Origin: Chrysomallon squamiferum
Lineage: Eukaryota > Animalia > Mollusca
DNA: 64,000 nt
Direction of reading: 5' to 3'
Assembly: GCA_012295275.1 (NCBI GenBank)
Contig: CM022674.1
Location: 9,114,001 to 9,178,000 of the forward strand
The notes beneath the pieces are model-generated. The model was given only the letters and a program-made list of their open reading frames with translations, was not told the DNA's origin and ran no database searches. A program made the position numbers and the translations under genes. Each line of letters begins with the position of its first letter. Within the stretch, counting starts at the first letter, position 1. Positions 54,409 through 64,000 of this stretch are shown here, one piece after another.

Positions 54409-56589
54409 TGTGTTTTTAAATGTGTGTATCTATGTATAAATCTACATATAACACACACACAATGGGAATTCTAAGGAGGACTATTTCTGTGACCAGCTGA
54501 CATACTACACAAACAATAATAAAATGATTTTATCCTTAAGCACCATTTATTTGATATGTTTGTTTTCTATAATATTAAATTTTATATGAATATTTGTGAG
54601 TTTTCTTTTAAATTAAATGGTGATATAAAATTAAATTTTTTACTTAGATGCTCAGTAAAACTAATCTATTTCTAAATCATATGATTTAAATTTTCATTTT
54701 TTGTTTTACTTTCAGTCCACAGTAAACTGATATGTTTATTTAAGATATTTTATCCTTTTTATCATTATTTATATATTTCATTATTATTGTTGTGGTTGTT
54801 GTTGTTGTTGCTTTTTTAATGGAAATGATTAATCTGTAATTATCATCAGAATCTAAAATGAAGGTAGAATTAACTAATTTTATCTAAGCCAAACCTTAAA
54901 TAAATAAATAAATATAATAACATAAAATAAAATAAAATAAAACAAACTAAAATAAATAATAATTGTGACACTGAAACATATCAATCTCTACACAGATTGA
55001 GTATACAAATACACTATACAGACTGAACATTAAATTTACTCTGGCGTTGTCTATCATGTATACATATAAACAGTAAACATACAAAATGTATACATATACA
55101 GTATAGAACTTATATTTAACGACATTACAAAAATAATGTATAAGGTAGGCATAAGAAATGCTTTTAAACAGATCATTACTGAATATATTCCTTATGTTTA
55201 ACTATTCATACACAGTAATCTTCTCCAAAACAGATATTAATTTTTTATGGTTTCAGTCTTTAATTATAAACAGTCAAAATCTATTTTAAAAATTAAAATT
55301 AAAAAAAAATTAATGAATATATTATATATTTGGTACTTTTTGAAAACACTTTTCATTTTACAAAACAATTACTCTTAACATATGCAGTCTCAATATGATT
55401 ATGTTCAAAAATATTTATATATTTACAGTTGAATTCTCCTAATAATTGTTTTATTTAAAAATCTGATCATTACAATGTGTGTGTGTGTCTTTTTCAAGTT
55501 TAATTATAAATTATAGGACAGGTTACAAAATGAATACCTTAAAATGTTCTCTTTTATTAATTATAATTACTCTATATATCGTTTCTATAATAATTATTTC
55601 ATTACCTTTAAACAAATGACCTCTGATTTTGTAAATTATTTTACAGTCAACAAGATTTTTTTTAATATAATGTTAGAACATTAAGCAGAAAAAAAAAATG
55701 TGATCAGATTTTTTCCATCATCATTAAATCTAATTATCAATGTTTAGCTGACTCCTACAGTCTGAATGAATACTCATGAATTAGCCCTGCAGGCCATACT
55801 GTAATATATTCCATTTGTACACTAGCCCTCATTACATACATGTTCAAACACCATACATTTGTCACTCAGACCTAGTTTTAAAAAGCATTCATGTTTCTTT
55901 GCTTTGGTGTTGTCATTAGCTGTCGTTGATGCTTTGTGTTTATAAAAGAGTTAATGGCCCTGATGCCATCACGGATGTTCACGGGAAGAGGTATTTTCAA
56001 TGGCTGAAGGAAACTAAACAATATACATATTTACCAAATAGCATTACTGCCTAATCAAACTGTCATTGCCCTTTTTCTTTAATATATGGGGGGGAAATTA
56101 AATTAAAAAGATAGCAAAATATATCACTGAAAATGAGAATTTTTACATACTTTAATCCAATGTTGGTTAAAGAAACAAAATAACTTTCTCATTTGTCATT
56201 AAATATTATGAGAAATAAATTATTTAATTTTACTTCGTTTTGTTTTCCTTTTAATTTAAATGAATACACACATGTGCACACAGTGTCTATGATTTTAATT
56301 AAAAATTTTGTGACAAATAGCTCTCACTGTCAATACAATCAACAAACACAAAATTTTAACTAATATTTTTGATTACATACACCCTGCTTATAACATCCTC
56401 CTACACAAATATATTAACTATTAACTATTTCATTATTATAATACAGTTAATCATTAAAATGTCTTAGAATACAACAAATTAATATGCAATCATACATCAA
56501 GTGATATTCTTTGACTTTTAGTAGAAAACCGTGAAAAAAATGTAATTTTTTGTTCACTCAAGAAAATCAAACAGTGTTTTTGTTAAAGC

Positions 56590-57130
56590 TTAAAGGGAGC
56601 AATGTTTGAGGGTTAGTGAAGTGAAAGCATGTTCAAACGCTGGCCACATCACACAGAATTTATGATATCAATCTGGATGAAGTTACCTTGGGGACAATGC
56701 TCTGTTGGAAAAAACAAAAATATTGTCACAAAAACACTCACATGAAATTTGTACATTACACAAATAAATATCCCTCAAATGTGCATTTTGCCAGAAATGC
56801 ACAACTTTATGAAACATGAAGCGAAAAATTTATGGATCAATTAAGCTCAAATGCACATCGGCATTTGAATTCACTTTTAAAACGAGAGCATAGCATAACA
56901 TAACTTTTATGTGCATGCTACTTTAAATGCGTTTCTTCAAGAGATCATGATGAAGTTTATGGATTAATTTGACCAAAGTCTTTCACTGAGGCATCACCCC
57001 CCATGCGTACAGAAAACATGGATTAAACTGCATGCTTCTTCATGACATGGAGATGAAACAGGGTTGATAAAAATTCAGATCGATTTGAGTTAAATGGCCT
57101 TGAAATTACATTTGCGTCAATTCTTTAAAA
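56590..57130. mobile_element. Possible decayed non-autonomous DNA transposon fragment(s) with TTAA ends
   Basis: CpG-retaining, compositionally distinct segment. TTAAAGGGAGCA at 56590 resembles the reverse complement TTAAAGTAGCA at 56926. Confidence 0.2.
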
Positions 57131-59673
57131 AAAATCATGCAGCATAGATGTCAGAAAGACCCTCAGGCCAAAAAGTTTGTAGGGTTTTTTCTTTCTTTTT
57201 TTATTAGTGACTTTTTATGTTTTAGAATGCTTGAAAAAAATTATCCTTTGTGGAAAAAAGATAAAATATCTATGAATATAACTTTAAAAAGACCCCAAAA
57301 TATTGTACTTTATTCTTTAAAAAAAAGTAAAGCTTTGTTAAAATAATAATAATGATAATAATATGATCACAGAACAATGGGTAGCAATAATACAAAATAC
57401 TGATCATAATAAAGATGGTGATCATGAACTTTTTAATACTGTTAATAGGAAGTAACACTGATCAATGTTATATTAGTAAATTATTTTCTTGCTAAAAAGT
57501 AAAAATAAAACCACTTTTTTATTGGTTGTGAATTTAACAGGAAATAATGTGTCCAATATAAATCTGCAAACTATTTCACATGTAATTACAAGATCATCTA
57601 ACAGAATTGAACAGACATTACAACCTTTGTTTTTTCATTGAGCATGTAGTTCAAAATTTTAAACTCTTTAATCAGACTTGAATTTTAGAACACGATTTAA
57701 TCAAACTTAAATTTTAACCAACAGATAAAGAATTTTGGATTTGTAATCACTGTTTAATCAGATTTGTGTTGGGTTTTTTTTTATCATTGTTTAACCAAAT
57801 TGAATTTTAAATGATGGTTAAAATAATATCACATTTATTTAAAAAAAGAACATATTTGAGATAGACTTTTGCACATTGGGCAACTTTTAATTAATCAAGA
57901 ATTAAATTGAACCAATAGTTTTAATAATTTAACTGATTTTATTTTAGTATCTTAACCAAAACAAACTTTTTAATTTTTATATTTTTATTACAGACTTATT
58001 ATTGAATATTAAGTGTTATAAAATTGTGGTACTTTTCCTCCATACTGTAACAGATAACACAACTACAGTCAAATGAGAATTAATAATAAAAAGAGGGAAA
58101 AAAAGGAAACAAAAATCAAATGTAATGTAAGGGTTTTAAAAAGAATATCTTAAAATATAAATTGAACAAAAAAACAAACCCACAAAACAAATTATAATAA
58201 ATCTTTAATTAAGAATAATGAAAATAATCTGAATTCAGTGTTTGTAATGTTTAACATATCTAATATTTGCAACTACAGATTTTTTCTTCTTAATTAAATT
58301 AATTTTTATCTTGAAATTTATACAACAATATCACAATTCCTGAAACTCCTTTATAATAAAAATTCATTTATTTATTTATTTATTTTTTATTTATTTATTT
58401 ATTTATTTAATTATTTTCTTCTCAAATATTAATAATTACAATAGCAATTAATGAAAATAATTATAGAGGCCTATTATAATTTTTAATTTTTATTTTAACC
58501 ATTCAATTCATATTCTGAATCTAAGTAAAATTCCAATACTGACAAAGCTCAGTTCAGTATATTTTTTACATGTAGAGCTTGCAATGAGAAAAAAGTGATT
58601 AGAAAAGTGATTAGATGAGCAGATCACCAAGGAGTAAGAGGGAAGCAATCTCCTGTGATGGGTGTGTTAATTCTGGGACATTCTGTTTCACCTCCTCCCA
58701 AATGGAGTTGACAGCAGAGGTAATTTCCTCACACAGTCACTGACATTTCCACCCATCCCAGCAGAGCATCATTTATTTATGGCCTAATTTCAATTTTTTT
58801 TCTCTTAAAAGTCATCTTTTAGGCGTTCCGGTTCATTTCTTAACACAAAAGAAAGGAGTCTGCCAATCACATACTGCAGTCCCTAGCTCTGCAGTTAACA
58901 AAATGAAGTAATTATACAATATTAGCTACTGAAAATTTCTACAGCAACATGACAGGTTGTGACTTAACTGAAAAAAAAAAAATAATAATAATAATAACAT
59001 TTATTTTCTGCAGCCAACTTTGGAATTATGACAAGATGTAATATTGAAGAAAAAAATGCTTATGTGCATTGCAAAGATCAACCAGATTAAAACTAAACAA
59101 CAAAATATTTTTTCTCTAAATGTACTCTGATATGCCAAAGATAATTAAATATAATGATAAGAATTTTAATTTGATCCAAGTTTATTTTTAATTATTAATG
59201 CAGATAATGTGATAAATTATTTAACTGTTACCTCCTTCACTTGTTTTACAACATTAAATATTTTATTTTCTTATGAATGAGACAGACAGAAGACATGCAT
59301 CAGTCATTCTCTTATATCTTAAGCACCACCAACTTATCATAAATATATTTAAACCCATCACCGAATCTAGAATCATCCATCATGCTGACTGCAGGCTAAA
59401 GTTATATAAAAATAACTATAAAAACTGCCCAGTCTGTAAAATCTATAAAACTTACTAATTTTAATAACAGTTATATACAAATATAGTGTTATGAAATGTT
59501 TTTTATTATCAGTATTCTGAGGCAGAAATATCAGAAATTAAAAAAAATTAAACATGTTGTGCATTGTATGCTAAACAAAATGCAACAGTCACGTACATGT
59601 GGAAAGCAATAAAATTTGACAGTTGCTGTAATTTGTTAAGAAGCAAGACTGGCAGCCTGTTTTAGAAATCACA

Positions 59674-59686
59674 AGGTCAAGGGTCA
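59674..59686 (+). promoter_or_regulatory. Nuclear-receptor DR1 element (AGGTCA-A-GGGTCA)
   Basis: Motif match within a GC-richer island upstream of the start-codon exon. Confidence 0.3.
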
Positions 59687-60224
59687 TGGATCAGAATTTG
59701 GCTATGGTTTTTGATTGGAGTTTCATTTGTTCCGTTAACTGCCTTCCCAGAAGAAACAGCATTCTACCTCAGCATGAAGTCACGCTGCAAGAAACACACA
59801 CACACTGCTGACTGACTGCAAAACACCACTGTTAACCTGCAACTCTGTCATAAAGAAGAAAAATCTTAGATGTTCTTTCTGATAAGTGAACAAATGTGCC
59901 ACAAAAGACATAAATTGATCACCCCTCTCCTCCTGGTACAACCCACATAACCTGGGTTACAAGTTGTTAATTTCAGTGCTTATCTTACAGCTCATATTTA
60001 TTGGGAGGGCAGCAATTCTTGATCACCATCAGATAGACTATGAAAGAGCTGCCCAGGCCTGCTGTCCTCATTTTCCCATAAATGTTTTGTGAGGACATAA
60101 CTCACAGCACTGGAGCAATTACTAGACAAGGACCCAATATGTTTTAAATTGAAATGTTAGAACAGATTTCTTCACTTGTGATATCTAACACATTTCATCA
60201 TTAAACACATTAAACACATTCGTA

Positions 60225-61325
60225 CAGTCAGTGATAAACAATATCTTTTACAAACACAGTCAGTGTTAAACATTTTACAAACAGTCAATGTTAAACATCT
60301 TTTACAAACAGTCAGTGATAAACATCTTTTACAAACACAGTCAGTGTTAAACATTTTACAAACAGTCAATGTTAAACATCTTTTACAAACAGTCAGTGAT
60401 AAACATCTTTTACAAACACAGTCAGTGTTAAACATTTTACAGTCAATGTTAAACATCTTTTACAAACAGTCAGTGATAAACATCTTTTACAAACAGTCAG
60501 TGTTAAACATTTTACAAACAGAGTCAATGTTAAACATCTTTTACAAACAGTCAGTGATAAACATCTTTTGCAAACACAGTCAGTGATAACATCTTTTACA
60601 GTTAGTGATAACATCTTTTACAGTTAGTGATAACATCTTTTACAGTTAGTGATAACATCTTTTACAGTCAGTGATAACATCTTTTACAGTTAGTGATAAC
60701 ATCTTTTACAGTCAGTGATAAACATCTTTTATAGTCAGTGATAACATCTTTTATAAACACAGTCAGTGATAAACATCTTTTACAGTCAGTGATAAACATC
60801 TTTTATAGTCAGTGATAACATCTTTTAGTCAGTGATAAACATCTTTTACAGTCAGTGACAAAAATCTTTTATAAACACAGTCAGTGATAAACATCTTTTA
60901 CAAACATAGAACAACTTATTTTACAAACATAGAACAACTTACTTTACAAACACAGTCACTGATTAACATCTTTTACAAATGCAGCCAGTGTTAAACATCT
61001 TTTACAAACTCAGTCATTGATAAACACCTTTTACAAACAGAACCAGTGTTAAGCAACATCTTTTACAAACAATCTGTGATAAAAAAATGTTTTATAGTCA
61101 ATGATAAGCAACATCATTTACAAACAGTCAGTAATAAACAAACGTTTTACAAACACAATCTGTGATAAACACATCTTTTACAAATACAGTCTGTGATAAA
61201 AAAAAACATATTTTACAAACACAGCCAATGATAAACAACATCATTGATAAACAACATCGTAGTCAGTAATAAGCAATATCTTTTACAAACACAGCCAGTG
61301 AAAAATATCTTTTACAAACACTGAT
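60225..61325. repeat. Minisatellite, 27-bp and 22-23-bp units (CAGTCAGTGATAAACATCTTTTACAAA), decaying toward the right
   Basis: Visible tandem repeat. It explains the three overlapping repetitive ORFs at 60172-60614. Confidence 0.95.
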
Positions 61326-64000
61326 GTTCTTCTTTTCACACATCTCCAGTCAGCCCAGTCTGTCTACATTAAGCCAAGACTATTTCAAATATTGTTTTTG
61401 AAATAAAAATTAGTATAACTATTTCTTCATCTCTGTGTTATCATCATCATCTATAATCATATTTTCATTATTATTAATATTATTATTATTGTTGTTGTTG
61501 TTTTTCTTTTCTTTATATTAAAATGTATACAGATCTGAAAAATCATCCATCATACAGAAACTTCTATAAAAGCATTGTGTAAGATAAAAAAAATGGGTTT
61601 AAAATTACTGATGTTAGTCCCATGACTACTGTTCTCCTTCAGTTAACAAGATCACATTTTTTACTGAATGCTTTATATTATAAGATGAGATAGATTTTAT
61701 TTACATTAATATGATTATTTAATGATGAAAAATTGCATATTTTCTCACTTTTGTTTTCAATACCTTTTTATGATGGTTGTATTATTATCATTTATCATCA
61801 TCATTATCATTATCAGCTGCAGTTTCAAACTATTATTTTTCTCAACAACATGTATTAAAATAGATTTAAGGGTTAGACATAAGTGATATATGTTTCAACT
61901 AAAATATGTTGATTATATTAATTAAAAATACATATTAAAATATTTCCAATCTGAATTAATGGTGCAGGTTTCAGAACTTCACACAGTGTGAGACTAACAT
62001 GTTAAAACATAAATGTATTTATTCCACTAATGAAATCTCTAGAAAAATTCCAAGCTTTGTTCATGGTTAATTTGTTTGAAATGAGAATAAGATAAAGATT
62101 TTGTTTAATGATGTTTGTGGGAATGTCTCTAATGAGGAATATGATCACCAATGCTGGAAGGAAAATGTATTGTGAGCTCTGGTGTAGTATGCATTTGGTA
62201 ATAGAAATGCTGTAAAGTCTTTAATTTTTAATCAAATAAATATTTGTAATTGGATAGAAATGACTATTTTAATACTTAATAAAAACATATAATAAACACA
62301 CTGAGATGTGCATGTACCAGTGCTTCTCAGTATGGGTGAAAATAAGGGTGGGGTCTGAATACACTAAAGATTTATAAAAGCTTACAACTTGATTGTTGAA
62401 TTCACTATCACTTTATTTCTATGTATTATATTTAACCTACAGAATATCAACTTTCAAAATTATTTGAATAAATCTACACAAAGTATAATGTTCAGCAGCA
62501 CTTGCATACACTAAATTTCCAATCCATGTATCAAAATGCATGCTGTCTATAAAACCAAATGTTTAGAGAAATAATTCTATTTAATTATAAATAAAAAGTT
62601 ACTGATACATTTTCATATATTTAATTTTTTTTTAACATCTCAGGATTAAAATGACTTGAGAGATGTATGTATTAGAAAAAGTCCTAACAGGGTAAGTATT
62701 ACAATATTAATTTTGTTTAACATAACAATAAATTAATTCAGCATTAGAAAATTAGCAAATAAACTCAAAAGAATGAGGATGACAGAAATACTGACAATGA
62801 AGTTTTTACAATTTTTCTTGGTACTGTCTGTTGGTGAAAAATAAAAACTTGAGCTATCAATTCATATTAAACATATCCTAAGAAGTGTTATAGCTGCTGG
62901 AGACAGATAATGAAGATGACTAAGAAAAAATGATTTTCTTGTTTTGCTGAAGCCAAAAAGATCAAGCCTGAGGGCAAATTATTTTTATATCTCATCACGA
63001 AAACAAATTAAAAAATATCACAACCTCAGGTTTAGATTTATTCTGTGAGCTCGGATTGGTGATCAGATTATACTAATCCTGTAACCTATCATTAATATAA
63101 AAAATTTCTAATCACTGATAAAGGATAATTTAAAAAAAACCTGTAGGTAATTAAAAAAAAATAATAATAATAATAAATCCTTGAAATTACTCAAATTTTA
63201 TTCAACATGAGCAATTAAAAAAGTGATTAATTTCTTTCTTTAATTATTTTTTTAAAATGCATTTACTTTTTTTAACTTGTAATGATTCTTTTTCTTGTAA
63301 AACATATTATTAGGAATTGTTATATCAAGCATACAGAAAAGTCATTACAGTGCTTATTCTTTCTTTTTAAAATACTAACTGCATAATTTTTTCTTCTAAA
63401 AAAATTTAAAAATCAATTCTTTTAAATGTATTTGTATATTTTTAATTTGTGGTGTGGGTGGCTGCTTATAATTATGTTTTATGTTTATATTCATAGTGGG
63501 TGTATATAAATGTATATTGTTTATGTTATGTTCCAGTGTTTGTTCTATACAAACATAACAGTTTGTGATTACTTTTTATCATTTATTTTCTAGACATAAA
63601 CATTAAACCATATAATTTACAATCTGTCATTGAAATGTTGTTTCTCTGAGTATTTAATAAGTTATAAAATTTTCAACAGTAAATATTAGAAACAACCCGA
63701 GAAAACTTGGATAGAGAGATAAAAGAAAAATTATTATACATTTTTTAATAAGCTGCAATATTTATAAAACACTTTTAAATTTTAAAAATGTTTTATAATT
63801 ATTATTTTAAATAATTATTTATTACTGCATATATATTATCACAAATATCACCTCTAAATTATTTTTTGTTAAAGCAGTAGTCAGTACCTTTTTTAAAATT
63901 ATTATTTGTACATGCATTTTATGAAATTTCATTTTAGTCTCTCATTACAATCAGTTTGAAGCAGGAACTTATCAAGAACATGCTCTGGATGCATGTTGAT

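Noticed and set aside
60172-60614. Cys-rich repetitive ORFs on both strands
   Set aside because: They derive from the 27-bp minisatellite.

Overview
Very AT-rich (roughly 25-30% GC by eye), strongly CpG-depleted animal genomic DNA, rich in microsatellites and minisatellites. An invertebrate such as a mollusc is plausible, but that is inference only. There are no prokaryotic genes, RNA genes or CRISPR arrays, and almost all ORF-track ORFs are repeat or low-complexity artefacts. The window looks like the 5' part of one long-intron, minus-strand spliced gene. A start-codon exon ending at 52826 (MMYRSFGSPECYTGLNMTTDRHPRDEYNLWPTIQ, phase 0) splices in frame across a ~36.3 kb intron to a 46-nt exon at 16479-16524 (APTHEMNSPGPNATP-G). 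The rest of the gene lies beyond position 1, and I cannot name the protein. The most interesting signal is inside the large intron: five perfect AG|GTRAGT donors cluster on the gene strand within ~9 kb, including pyrimidine-tract AG|GT zero-length-exon (recursive splicing-like) sites and a possible stop-containing cassette exon. There is also a possible 17-nt microexon downstream and several textbook nuclear-receptor/CRE elements in GC-richer non-coding islands. All splice and regulatory calls are motif-based predictions that need transcript data.
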